Source of the DNA: Chiloscyllium plagiosum
Lineage: Eukaryota
DNA: 64,000 nt
Reading direction: 5' to 3'
Assembly (NCBI RefSeq): GCF_004010195.1
Contig: NC_057758.1
Location: 3,189,881-3,253,880 of the forward strand
Positions 25,372-38,300 of this stretch are shown here, in pieces (the stretch's first letter is position 1; each line of letters begins with the position of its first letter). Below the pieces are notes generated by a model. That model worked only from the letters and a program-made list of their open reading frames with translations, did not search any database and was not told the DNA's origin. Position numbers and translations under genes: made by a program.

Positions 25372-25795
25372 TGTTTGTGTGTGTGTGTGTGTAAACTTTG
25401 GTAACTTTACCCCTTAAACCCATGATAACGCATTTGCTATCATATATGTATGTGTGTGTGCAGAAGTTAATATGAACTTTAATTAATGTCGTGGTAATGT
25501 GGTTAGAAAGAAAATGAAGCCACTTTTTGTTTATGAGGTTCATTTTTTCGGAAGGGGGGAGGTGTTATAAAGTTGAAGATGTGTACTGTATATTTAAGAC
25601 AGAATGAACGGTGAAACGCTGGCAAACACCTGTAATGACTGCAGGCACAAAGTGTACTGGCAAATTTTAGGTTGTGACATTTTGCTGCGATGTAGATATC
25701 TGCTGTTTTCAGAGCAGTTCGAATTTAACCGATGATTTATATTATGCCTCCAAATATGTAAACACATTCGAATTTGAAGTTTCCTGTTTTGACAA
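25255..25795 (+). mobile_element. Gypsy 3' remnant: RNase H end, 3' UTR with (GT)n, PPT, truncated LTR from 25563
   Basis: AAAAATATGATAGCAGATGCGCTATCATGGATTTAA = KNMIADALSWI*; GAAGGGGGGAGG-TGTTATAA PPT/LTR junction. Confidence 0.7.
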
Positions 25796-27301
25796 CAAAA
25801 CAATGGGAATCTGGAATGCCTTACTGTTGTTGTAGCGTAGCCTTTATGCGCATTCAAGACCGAGGCGACCATATTTCTTTTTTAATAAAATCAGACTTGG
25901 ATTCAAAGTTTATGTTGGAAAAATAAGTAAAATGAAACTGAGGGTTATTAGATAATCGCGATTTCATAGTTGGGGGGCTGAATGGTCATCTTCTCATCCT
26001 ACATCGTATGATATTTTGGTATAAACTTATGTCACACGATAATGTGTTATCTGCTGCCTGGTGATTGGACTATTCAAAGAGAAGAGTTTTCTGTGAGGTG
26101 CTCAGCAGGCAATCATTTCTGATGTAAAGGTCCACCAGAAAATCAAGTTGTAAAAGAACCAGAACAAGGTAAGAAAGAAAACAACAATGTGAGAGTGACT
26201 CTTCTTCACATGCAGCAACATCCAATTTAGGAGCAAAAAGTTTCTGTTGAACTGAGCTCAGCTTTGCCGACAGAGACTCTTTGTGGCGATTTTCCTCTGG
26301 GCCATAGGGTGCTGCTCCGAATCTTTCCAGGGCCCTGACACGATACATGTCACGTCTTGTCTCTGTATTTCCCACTTGTCAATGCCTTGGCTCTGACACA
26401 GCAAGTAGCAGCCATGATAGAGCGATATCACTGTCATTTCTAATCCAATGTACAACTGCGAAATGCCGAACCGAAGAGGGACACTTCGGAATAGAATTGA
26501 ATTAAAGAAAGAAACTGCTCTGTGCAAGGAAATTCACATGGACTAGGTCTTCTTTCTAGAGGTCAACGCTGCCTGTGACAGTGATAAAGGCCTTTCACAA
26601 CCACATGCGATTATGGGAGTAATGATCGCTATTCTTCCACCACTGTGCAAGTTCAGCGACAACGGTTTGAATGATACAATCAGTTAACAGAAACTGTAAA
26701 CTTCAAAAAATGCACATGTACATCGAAAATCTTTCTTTTAGAAGTCGAATTATATTGATATCTCTGTCAATTCTGAAAGTCGCTTCCATAATAAATTCGG
26801 AAGATAATTGAGGAAATGATTTATTCCATTGGCGAACGTCAAGAGGACTTCTTTTTTACACAGAGTGTGATTCTTGTATGAAATGAAATAGCAGTGCAAG
26901 TGCAGGATGCAGACACAACATTGAAAAGACATTTAAATCAGTATATCCAAATGATACGTTTAGGCAGATATGGACCAAACTCAGGCAAGTGGACCGAATT
27001 TAATTTGGGACTGTGTTCGTCGTGACGAGTTGGACCAAAGAATCTGTGTCATGCTGTGTGACTCTATTACTTTATTAAAAGGTTGACAAACATAGCAATA
27101 CAATGTAAGGTTCATCCAGCACAAGCAAAGTATGTTCCTCTCATTGGTCCATATGTTACAAACTCCGAGAACCTTTTGCAGTGCAAAGCAACACAACCCA
27201 TCCATAGTGAAAATTCATAATAGAACATAGAACAGTACAGCACAGAACAGGCCCTTCAACCCACGATGTTGTGCCGACCACTGATCCTCATGTATGCACC
27301 C

Positions 27302-30035
27302 TCAAATTTCTGTGACCATATGTATGTGGAGGAGTCTCTTAAATGTCCCCAATAAACCTGCCTCCACAACTACTGCTGGCAACGTACTCCATGCTCTCAC
27401 AACTCTGCGTGTAAAGAACCCGCCTCTGACATCCCCTCTATACTTTCCTCCAACCAGCTTCAAACTATGACCCCTCGTGTTAGTCATTTCTGCCCTGGGA
27501 AATAGTCTCTGGCAATCGACTCTATCTATGCTTCTTATTACCTTGTATACCTCAAATAGGTCCCCTCTTCTCCTCCTTTTCTCCAATGAAAAAAGTCCGA
27601 GCTCAGTCAACCTCTCCTTATAAGATAAGACCTCCAGCCCAGGCAGCATCCTGGTAAACCTCCTCTGAACCCGCTCCAAAGCATCCACATCTTTCTTATA
27701 ATAGGGCGACCAGAACTGGAAGCAGTATTCCAAGTGCGGTCTAACAAAAGTTTTATAGAGCTGCAACAAGATCTCACGACTCTTAAACTCAATATCCCTG
27801 TTAATGGAAGCCAAAACACCATATGCTTTCTTAACAACCCTGTCCACTTGGGTGGCCATTTTAAGGGATCTATGCACCTGCACCCCAAGATCCCTTTGTT
27901 CCTCCACACTACCAAGAATCCTATCCTTAATCCTGTATTCAGCTTACAAAATGCATCACCTCACATTTATCCAGGTTGAACTCCATCTGCCACCTCTCAG
28001 CCCATCTCTGCATCCTGTCAGTGTCCCGCTACAGCCTACAGCAGCCCTCTATACTGTCAATGACACCTCCAACCTTTGTGTCATCTGCAAACTTGCTGAC
28101 CCATACTTCAATCCCCTCATCCAAGTCATTAATAAAATTTACAAACAATAGAGGCCCAAGGACAGAGCCCTGTGGAACACCACTCACCACAAACGTCCAG
28201 ACAGAATATTTTCCTTCTACTACCACTCGCTGTCTTCTGTTGGCCAGCCAATTCTATATCCAGACAGCTATGTACCCCTGAATCCCATTCCTCCTGACTT
28301 TCTGAATGAGCCTACCATGGGGAACCTTATCAAATGCCATGCTAAAGTCCATATACACCACATTCACAGCTCGACCCTCATCAAATTTTCTAGTCACATC
28401 CTCAAAGGACTCGATAAGGTTTGTGAGGCATGACCTTCCCCTCACAAAGCCGTGTTGACTGCACTTAATCAAACCATGCTCTTCCAGATGGTCATAAACC
28501 TTATCCCTCAGAATCCTTTCTAACACCTTGCAGACGACAGACGTGAGGCTTACTGGTCTGTAATTGCCGGGGATTTCCCCATTTCCTTTCTTGAAGAGAG
28601 GAATTACATTTGCCTCTCTCCAGTCCTCAGGTACGACTCCAGTGGAGAGTGAGGATGCAAAGATCTTCGCAAGTGGCGAAGCAATTGCATTTCTCGCTTC
28701 CCAAAGCAGCCGATGACAAATCTAGTCCGGGCCTGGCGACTTGTCAATCGTAATGTTTGACAAAATTTTCAGCACATCAGCTTCCTCTATCTCTATCCAT
28801 TTCAGCATGCACACCTCCTCTTCAAAGGTTCCATTCACTACAAAGTTCGTTTCTTTCGTAAAGACAGAACCAAAAAAACTCATTTAGGCCTTCCCCTACC
28901 TCCTCAGACACCACACAAAAATTCCCTATGCTACCCCTGATCGGGCCTACTCTTTCTTTGACCATTCTCTGATTCCTCACATAAGTGTAAAATGCCTTTG
29001 TGTTCTCCCTAATCCGTTTGGCCAAGCCTTTCTCTTGCCCCCTCCTGGCTCTCCTCAGACAATTTTTAAGCGCCTCCCTTGCCTGCCTGTAATCCTGTAG
29101 AGCTGAGCTTGACCCTAGCTTCCTCCACCTTACGTAAGCTGCCTTTTTCCTTTTGACGAGAAGCTCCACTGCTCTGGTCATCCAAGCTTCCTTTATCTTA
29201 CCACTTCTTGCATGTCTCAGAGGGACATATTTATTCATCACTTGCAACAACTTTTCCTAAAACACAGTCTCCACATGTCTATAGTGCCTTTACCATGGAA
29301 CAACTGCTCCCAGTCCATGTTTCCTAACTCATGTCGAATCGCATCATATTTTCATCTTCCCCAATTAAATATCCTCCCATTTTGCCTAATCCTCTCCTTC
29401 TCCATAGCTATGTAGAATGTGAGGCAGTTGTGGTCACTATCACCAAAATGCTCTCCCACCACAAGATCTGATACCTGCCTCTGTTCATTGCCGAGCACCA
29501 AGTCTAGAATGGTCTCTCCCCTCGTCGGCCTGTCAACGTACTGAGTTAGGAAACCCTCCTGAACACACCTTACAAAAACAGTTCCATTCAAATTTTCTGC
29601 TCGAAGGAGGTTCTAATCAATATTGGGAAAGTTAAAGTCACCCATTACAACAACACTACTACGTCCACACTTTTCCAAAATCTGCCGAGCTATGCTTTCT
29701 TCCATCTCTCTGCTGCTATTGGGGGGCCTGTAGTAAACCCCTAAAGAGGTGAATGCTCCCTTGCTGTTCCTAATTTCCACTCATACTGACTCGGTAGGCA
29801 GATCTTCCTCGACAATGGAAGCTTCTGTAGCTGTGATACCCTCTCTGATTAGTAGTGCTACACCCCCTCCTATTTTCCCCCTCTCTATTCTTTTTAAATG
29901 CTCTAAACCCTGGAACATCCAGCAACCATTCCTGCCCCTGAGAAACCCATGTCTCTGTTATGGCCACAACATCGTAGCACCAGTACTGATCCATGCTCTA
30001 AGTTCGTCACTTTTATTCCTGATACTCTTTGCGTT
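27302..30035 (-). pseudogene. CR1 ORF2 (APE endonuclease + reverse transcriptase), frameshifted
   Basis: DVVAITETW, ILDLVLGNE, SDHN, GRSCLTNL, YMDFSMAFDKVPH, GVPQGSVLGPLLF, KFADDTK, LYKTFVRPHLEYC. Confidence 0.92.
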
Positions 30036-30158
30036 AAAGCAAACACACTTCCTTGCCAGGAAAATCCTTCCCACTAGCTGGTCTACCTATTGCTACTGCC
30101 TCATCTGCATCAACTCTCATCTCCGGTGTACAGCTCAGGTTCCCACGCCCCTGCCATA

Positions 30159-31092
30159 CTAGATTAAACCGTCTCGAACTACTCGTGGAAAACTTCCACC
30201 CAGGACATTGGTCCCCTTCCAATTCAGATGCAACCAGTCCTTCTTGTACAGGTCCCACCTTCCCCAGAAAGCATCCCAATTATCTACATATCTGAAGCCC
30301 TCCCTCCAACACCAGCTGCGCAGCCACGTATTAAGCTGCGCCCTCTCCCTGTTCCTCGCCTCGCTATCTCTTGGCACCAGTAGTAAACTAGAGAACACTA
30401 CTCTGTTCGTCCTGCTTTGCAGTTTCCATCCTAACTCCCTGAAATCACTTTTTATATCTTCGATCCTTTTCCTGGCTATATCATTAGTGCCAATATGTAA
30501 CAGGATTTCTGGCTGTTCGCCCTCCCCTTTTAGAACCTTATACACCAGATCGGAGACGTCCCGGACCCTGGCACCAGGGAGGCAACTTACCTTCCGGGAA
30601 TCCCGATCCTGACCACAAAATCTCCTGTCAATTCCCCTAACTATCGAGTCCCCTATCACGAGTACTTTTCTATTCTTCCCCCTTCCCTTCTTTGCCACAG
30701 TGTCAGGCTCAGTGCCAGAGAACTGACTGCTATGGCTTTCCTCTGGTAGGTCATCCCCTCAGCAGTATCCAAAACGGTATACGTATTGCTGAGGGGAATG
30801 TCCACAGGGGACCTCTGCACTGTCTGACTGTCCCCTTTCCTCCCCCTAACTGTAACCCATTTATCCTTGTCCTGAGCCTTAGGAGTGACCAACTCCCGGT
30901 AACACATCTCAATTACCCCCTCAGCCTCCGAATGATCCATAGTTCATCCAGCTCCAGCTCCAATTCCCTAACACGGTTTTCAAGGAGCTGGAGTTGGGTG
31001 CACTTCCCACAGATGTAGCCAGCGGAGACGTGTGCCTTGTCTTCCACCTGCCACATTCTGCAGGAGGAGCAAGCAACTGCCCTAGCATCCAT
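30159..31092 (-). pseudogene. CR1 ORF1 (zinc finger, coiled coil, SGNH/GDSL esterase), frameshifted
   Basis: MDARAVACSSCRMW...YICGKCTQLQLLENRVRELELELDEL; VIGDSIVRG, HIGTNDI, DWLHLN. Confidence 0.9.
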
Positions 31093-32892
31093 ACCCGATA
31101 TATATGGTCACTGCTTTCCTTCCCGGCTGCCCATCTGGTCCTCGTCACTTCCCCCGCTGCTCCCGCTCCTTCTGTGAAAGGGAAATCACCGCTGTCCGCT
31201 ACCAGTGAGTATTTTTTTTAAAACTGCCTTACCTTAGCTGCAGTCTTCCGTGTTCGTCTTACCTCCGCTGCTGCTCGCACTCAAAGTCGTACAATAATAA
31301 TATTGTACGAATTGTTAGAATTTTTAAAAAACATCCTTACGATAATTGGTGCTCCTGGGAAGTGATTTTCAGGTACAATATTATTCATTTTTCTCAATGC
31401 AGTTGCTTCTGATATTTACAGTAAGATCATATAGCGATTGTTGCATATGATTTTTGGAACACCACAATATTATTACTTTTACCGAATCAATTCTTAATCT
31501 TTTTTTTTGTAAAGTAATGTCTCCCCGACTCAATTGATTCAAGCTGCAATTTTCGAGATTTTTAAATATGATGTTGTTGCATTCAGTGTAACGTTTCGTC
31601 CTGTAAAACCAACAACCTGACGAGTAATCTCCCTGAGGGTAGCTATTACTTAACTTTTATCAATATCAGTGTTGACAAAAATGGACTGATTTACTGAAGA
31701 GTAGTGACATTTCTACTGATGGGAACTGTCGTTCAGATTTATTGTGTGTGCGAAGATTGGTTCAATCCGATGATTGTGTGCTTGCTCGAGTTTTGTCATT
31801 TTTTAATCGTATTCGGCGTGGATCATCATGCTACTCTAATCTAAGCAGACGCATTGATTCAGTAGCAGCGCGTTCTCGTACTGAATAATCTTCCGGGAGC
31901 AAACACGAAGAACAATTGAGTGGCACTACAGTACTTCAGGAAACAATCAATACCAACATAGAGATAATAAAACAGATGATTGAGATTTCTTAATGTCATA
32001 TAGATGCAGCCTAACAAGGTGTAAAGTGGTGGTTGAAGCTTAATTAGCCTCAACCAAATGCACATGACTTGATTCTTTTTGCATTGGCTCCATTACCTTC
32101 TGCCTCAGTTCTCCCTCAGTTTCTGTCAAAGATTGCCCGTCTCTTATTCTGTTTTCAGGACCCAAGGCAATACTCACCATTCATGACTAAATCTATGTCG
32201 AGAATCACAATTTATATGCAAGCAATTTTATTTCCATTCTCAGTTAATTACAGTTGAGATAAATTTCAGCAAAGGCGATTTGTTCAAATATTAATTAATA
32301 ATAACGCGAAAAATAAGAGTAGCAAATGGAAAAAAGAGGAGGAAAAGGAACAACTCACATGCCATTCTGCCCGTCGGTCGTCACTTCATTCCACGGCTGA
32401 TCTGAAGACTAAGGTTTGCTCTTCGCTGCATTAGCGATTCTGGAACAAGTTGAAGTCCCTCTCTTGGGAAAATTCTCGCTCTGTAAAAGTGTTTCAAAAC
32501 AGACAGTACAGAAACAGCTACGGATCAAAACCCAGCTGCTGGTACCGACCTCAGCCAGCAAAACAACAATTTGTCAGCAGTCGTTGAAAATTATGCAGCT
32601 TGTTGAGTCTCAGCAAAATGTTTCACCCTTTACCCATCTTAGAAACACTGTTTTCAATGCAGCTTTTTAACATCATCATTAACCTTTAGCTCTTCGGCCT
32701 GTCCAGTAGAGGCTCATCCGATACAGTGCACAGTGATGATATTTGTTAGTATATTTTACAATTGCAGATGCATGACAGCTGCATGAGTAGGCTTCATAAA
32801 AATCGGTAACCAACATTAGATGATAAAAAATGGAATGAAAATAAACATCACCAACACGAACAATCCAATAATAACGTTTATCATCAACTTAA

Positions 32893-34167
32893 CGTCCAAG
32901 AGGTTTATTTGTAAACACTAGCTTGCGGAACACAGTCTCTTCGACAGGTGCTTGTGGAGCAGGGCCATAAGACGCAGAATTTGTTGCAAAAACATCAGAG
33001 TCACATGAGGCTGAGATATATTAAACAACTTAGAATAAGTCTTTCATCTTTTACAATGGATTTCGTAGCTTTGGTTAGTTAATACGTCGATCCCAGTACT
33101 TCAGATTTTCTACAAAAGACTCTATGACAATCGATGAGTGGACACCGCATCACATTCACAAGGCAAAGGTGTTCTATCACAGCCGGGGAACACTTCAGCA
33201 TATCCTGACCGTTTGGCCTCGGACGTTCAGCTGAACATCCTCGAATCGGATGCTTTTCCTGTTGATTTAAGGAAAAGCAACAAAGCAAAGTGGCTGAGCA
33301 GAGGATGATTGCCAAGCTTGGTACCATTGTGAGGGCCTCAACCGGGATCTTGCATTCATGTCACACCGCAGGTGACCCTTCTGCACTGTACACTTTCTCG
33401 CACAAACACAAGCATGCGCCCACACACATAGACTCTCAACTACGACATACTCACACATTAACACAGACCCGTTCTGATTCACAAGTTCTCTCCACACTGC
33501 GCATACATACACACCTCACACATACCCATGCACACACTCGCACACAGGCTTATGCACAAACTTATCACACACAAACTTGGCAAGCTTACAATCATACATA
33601 CTCACACTCTCTCACATGCATATACATGCACACACTCACTCTGTCTCTACTGCGTGCACATACACATAAATTTATGGAAGTGATCTGTATTTACAGTGTT
33701 ATTTTTTTGCTCAAACGTACGTAACCTACTTTCAATCCGTTTGAGATTCATTAAATCACACTTTAGAAATAAAACTAGTCAGACTCAAGGTTGGGAAAGA
33801 GACAGAATTTAACCTTACACCTTTAATGCATTGTCTGAGCTCAGAACACACCTTTTGTTAGAAAATCTGAAGTTCTCTGAGAATGTGATTTAAAAGGAGC
33901 TCTGGGATTTACAATTTAACAACCAGAAACTAGGAAACCCTTTTTGAAAGATGAAAATTTTACACTAAGTTTGTTTAGTTTGTTCCAGCCGCATGACGTT
34001 GTAAATTTTTGCTATAAGTTCCGTGTCTTAATGTCCTACTCCACAACCACCGATGAAGAGGCAGCGATTCGAAATCTAGTGCTTACAATAAAGCTGTTGC
34101 ACAATAACTTGGTGTTGTGAGATTTTTAACTTTATCTACCCCAGTCCAAAACTGGCTCCTCCAACTG
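32893..34167 (+). mobile_element. Truncated Penelope-like element with inverted 5' repeat, GIY-YIG C-terminus and CA-rich tract
   Basis: MSGHR..GEHFS..KVAEQRMIAKLGT..GLNRDL; 32895-33130 inverted relative to ~33890-34100; flanks ATCAACTTAA (32883) and ATCAAATTAA (34168); absent from copy A. Confidence 0.8.
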
Positions 34168-34479
34168 ATCAAATTAAAGAACGTAGTGGCCTTTGTGGAC
34201 CAACCCCGAAATAGAATGATGTATATCCCAAACTTAAGGTACGATCAAGGCCGTGAAGGAACAAAGAAGTCATGCAATAGGACTGAGGTGACCAGAATAT
34301 CATATACCAGAGATCTGCAGAGATTTTCAGTCCATTGGACATAAGCTAAACATGTTTTAAAATAGAAGGCAAACATTCCTGTTGGATTCAGGCCAAACTT
34401 GCTTGATTGTTCTGTTTCTAAGATGACCCAATTTTTTAAGATTACTTGATGACTCATTCTAGACACTTTCTCTGTATTT

Positions 34480-35275
34480 GTCCAAATGCAATATTCTGTT
34501 TGCTCCCTTAAAACAACTGATTATTTTTATGCTAGGAGAACAACACTTGCTATCCTCCATTCATCTGGCAGTGCTCATAAAAATCACATCTGGTCCAGGG
34601 AACGTATCTATTTTTACATTTTCCAGAATTGCCTCATCCTTGTGAGCCTTGATCCCATCTTGTCTTGGAGTGGTATCTTCGTATTGTCCTCGACGAGATT
34701 GTCTTTTTCTTGCGTGAATAGTGAAAAAAAGCATTCATTTAGAACTTTCCCAATCTTCTCCAACGCCACGCATAACTTCCCACTAATATTCTTGATTAGC
34801 CCTAATATTAGTCTAGTCATTCTTGTATTTATGATATATCGAGAGAAAGCTTTAAGGTTTTCCTTGATCCTATCTTCCAATGACGTCTCATGTCCCCTCC
34901 TGACTCTCTTTAGGTCTTACCTGGCTAACTTGTAACTCTCAAGCGCCTTAAACGAGTCATCACATCTCATCGTCACCTAAATCTTCTTCTTCCACTTGAA
35001 AAGGGACCCTACTTCCTCAGTAATCCACGGCTCTCGAGCTCAACAACTTTCTCCCTGCCGGACCTGTACGTACTTGACAAAGAATAAGCTTCACATTTCA
35101 ATTGTGCCTAATTCCTGTAGTTTCATTCACCATCCCATGCATCATAAATCTTATCTAATCGCATTGTAATTTCCTTTCCACCAGTGGTAACTCTTGACCT
35201 GTGTAATATACATATCTCTTTCTATCATGAAAGTAACATAACCAAATTTAGATCACTATCATTACCCAGTGCCAA
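34480..35275 (-). mobile_element. CR1 ORF2 fragment
   Basis: RIKENLKAFSRYI..KVLNECFFSLFTQE; SDLN (SDHN-like). Confidence 0.8.
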
Positions 35276-35287
35276 ATCTAATGTGGC

Positions 35288-35367
35288 ATTGCCTGAGGTG
35301 GGAATTGAACCCCGGTCTCTGGCGCTGCGAGGCAGCAGTGCTAACCACTGTGCCACCGTGCCGCCCA
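35288..35367 (-). mobile_element. HE1 SINE head (tRNA-like part only)
   Basis: GGGCGGCACGGTGGCACAGTGGTTAGCAC...GGTTCAATTCCC on minus strand. Confidence 0.85.
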
Positions 35368-35369
35368 CA

Positions 35370-38300
35370 GTGTGTTGCGGGTAATACAAACACCGAAATG
35401 TAATACCAACACCAAGCTCAAACTGTCTTTTCAGCTGTCGATTATGTCTGCTGATGAACATTCAACTCCTTGAAGAAATACTCGATGGGTCTTTCTATCT
35501 TCTCGTCGTCTTCCTGCAGGAGCACAGCACCGATACCCACATAACATACATCAACAGACACCTTGAAAGGCTTAGTGTAATCAGGTGTGGCTATCACTGT
35601 GGCAACAACACTGTTTTCAGGCTGTCAAACGCCTCCCAGCAACCCGCTGTCCACTGAAACATCTTGCCTTTTATCTTGCATTTACTGAGTGGAACAGCCA
35701 AACTGCTAAAACTCAGCACAAACTTTTGAAAAAAAATTTAATCTTAGGAACGGTACTAGTGCTTTTTTGGGCGATGGTAAGGGAAATTCCCCATTTACTT
35801 ACGTTTTCCCATCCAGTGGGGCCATATGTTCCTGTCCAGTGAACTGGACCAGAAAAGTGACTTGGGCTTTGAAAAATTCATTTGTTGCCAGTTTTACCAC
35901 GAAATCTGCCATTCGAATTTGATTGAACAATTCGGTTACATGCTGTAAATGGTCTTTCCATGAGAGACTAAAAATCACCAGGTGTGCCATTGATGTACAC
36001 AACACAGCTTTGCAATCCGGCAATTACTTTATTGGGTAGTCTCTGAAATGTGGCCGGAGAGGTTTTCATTCCAAATGGCATTACTGTAACTGATCAGTTC
36101 ATTTAGTGTTACAAAAGCTGAAATGTCCTTTTCTTCTTCTGGCAAAATTACCTGCCAGTAGCCTCTGAACAAGTCCAACTTAGAAATATAAGTTACTTGT
36201 CCCACCTTTTCAACACAGTCTTCCAATCGCAGAACTGGGTGTGCATCAGTCTTTGTAACTGCATTGGCTTGCGATCGTCTACATAGATGTTTACCATCTG
36301 GCTTTGGCACCATTACGACGATGGGTGAGCTCCAGTCACTGTAAATGACTTCGATTTTGTCCTCTTGGAACAATCTCCTTTTGAACCTTAGCCAAATAAA
36401 AAGATCTATGTCTATTGGGATATTGCATAATCGGAACAGTACCTCCTATATAAATATCATGCACAATTAAGTGCGTGCTTCCCAATTTTTCTTGGCCGCA
36501 TACCTCCCCATGTGATAGTAATAACTCTTTCAGGTTATTTCGATTTTTCTCAGGTATGTAACTCAATAATTTATCATAATTTCTGACAATTTCCTCATTG
36601 TCCAATTTAATTTGTTGTAACGTACAATTCAGAATCCTCTGAAAATACTTCTTCCCTTCCTGTTGCAATCATTAGCACCTTCACCTCCTGCTTTCCTATC
36701 CTGTCAAAATACCATTTGGGCATGTTCATATCACACACACGGGAGATTTGTTTTCCTGTCTGGAGAATCTATCAAGCAGTACACCTCACTCAATTTCCTT
36801 TTGACCTGATTAGGTCCACTAAACATTGCTTTTAAAGGTTCACCTATGACTATAAGCAAAACTCTGTTACCTTATCCTGATCGGAACATTGCGATTTTTT
36901 GATGTTATGTCTACTTCCTGTTTCATTACATGCTGCAATACTTTTAAATGCGATCGAGCCAACTACCCAGCTCTGTTTAATCGTTCTCTAAAATTTGACA
37001 TATGGTACAAACGCGTAGTCTCTGAATTCTGACATACCTAATTCTCCTTAGTCAATTTCAATGGTCCTCTAACTTCATGCCCAAAGACTAATTCAAATGG
37101 ACTGAGTTTGGTCCATTGATTTGGTGCATTTCTGTCGCAAAAAGCACAAACGGAATTCCCTTATCTTAACCATCTGGATACTCCTGATTATAAGCCCTTA
37201 ACGTGGTCTTTAGCTTTCAACACAACAGTTCTTGCACTTCCTGTGAATTTGGATGTACGCAGTAGATTTGAATTGTTTCATTCAGAAGCTGTCCATAACT
37301 TCCTTGAATAGTTTGGAAGTCCGTATCTAGTAGGAAAAAAATCGAATAATTCCTCGACAATCCTTTTGGCTGTGAATTGCACAATGAGATGGGTTTTGGA
37401 AATCTAGTCGATACATCCATTGTTGTTAGCAAATACTGATTCCCATATTTTGCTTGACGCAGGGAACCTACACAATCAATCAATTTTCTTGTAAAAGGTT
37501 CCTGAAACTCTGGAATAAGTATTTAAGGGACAGGTTTTATCTCCACCTGTTGTTTTAGAATTAGCTAATGTGTATGACACATCTGGCAATATTCAACTAC
37601 ATACTTGTGCAATCCAGGCCAATTGGTACTTTAGCAGTTTTTTCCTCACTCCAAAATAACCTCCAAGTGGTAGCTCATGCGCCACTCGTAACACCTCATG
37701 CTATATTACACTGGCATGACAATTTGATGCATTTCTGCCCATTTCTCATCTGCTTGACTATGGGATGGTCGCCATTTCCTCAAAAAGATATCATTTTGAC
37801 AGGTAACAACGCTTACTGATGCATTCACATTCATCTCACCATATGCCTTTCGATACAACTGCTTCACATTTTCATCTTTTTGCAGTAGCTCAATAAGTTT
37901 TGCAGAACTAAAGATATTTGCATGATTATCACTTCGCTCCTTTTTTATCTCAACTATCTGATCGAGCGCAGTCCCTGACAATGCCACTTCAGCTTCCTTA
38001 GCTATACCATTTGATCTCCCTGGTTTCAACTGGTGACTCTGTGACCTTGTTACTACACAATCAGGGAAGAATCCGGGATACAAATCATGCATACTTCAGT
38101 TGCCTGAGTCTCCAGTGGCTTTTCAACCACAGTAGGCAGCGCACCTACCGGTGAATCAGCTATATCATTCACAAGAATAAATTGCGTTCCTGGAGCAGCG
38201 TGTTTGTCCAGTACTCCTACCACAAATTCTCCATTCTTTTCTGGACTCTCTAGCCTCACTTTACATAATTGAGGCTTTTTGTCTCACCGTGAACTTTAGT

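Larger units (their letters stand above)
27223..31296 (-). mobile_element. Full-length CR1 LINE (~4.07 kb), inactivated by frameshifts
   Basis: GC-rich 5' UTR, ORF1, ORF2, 3' tail (TTCTATG)n; ATAATA at 27217-27222 and 31297-31302. Confidence 0.95.
27213..31348 (+). pseudogene. Orphan degenerate exon 1 of a GPR139-like receptor (copy B), split by the CR1
   Basis: Empty site reads ATT CAT AAT ATT GTA CGA ATT GTT AGA ... ATC CTT ACG ATA ATT GGT GCT CCT G|ggaagt (ILTIIGAP-G); ATG>ATT and GT>GG. Confidence 0.55.
25800..34310 (+). repeat. Old segmental duplication, copy B (interrupted by CR1 27223-31296 and Penelope 32893-34167)
   Basis: Colinear with reverse complement of 2110-5140 on both sides of each insertion. 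Confidence 0.85.

Noticed and set aside
30159..30698. SGNH esterase as a domesticated host gene or horizontal transfer
   Set aside because: It is ORF1 of the CR1 element, frameshifted from its own N-terminus
33290..33724. 144-aa His/Thr-rich ORF
   Set aside because: Translation of a CA-rich tract fused to a GIY-YIG remnant
35288..35367. tRNA gene (A and B boxes present)
   Set aside because: Identical to the HE1 SINE head; no proper acceptor stem; the same applies to all SINE heads here
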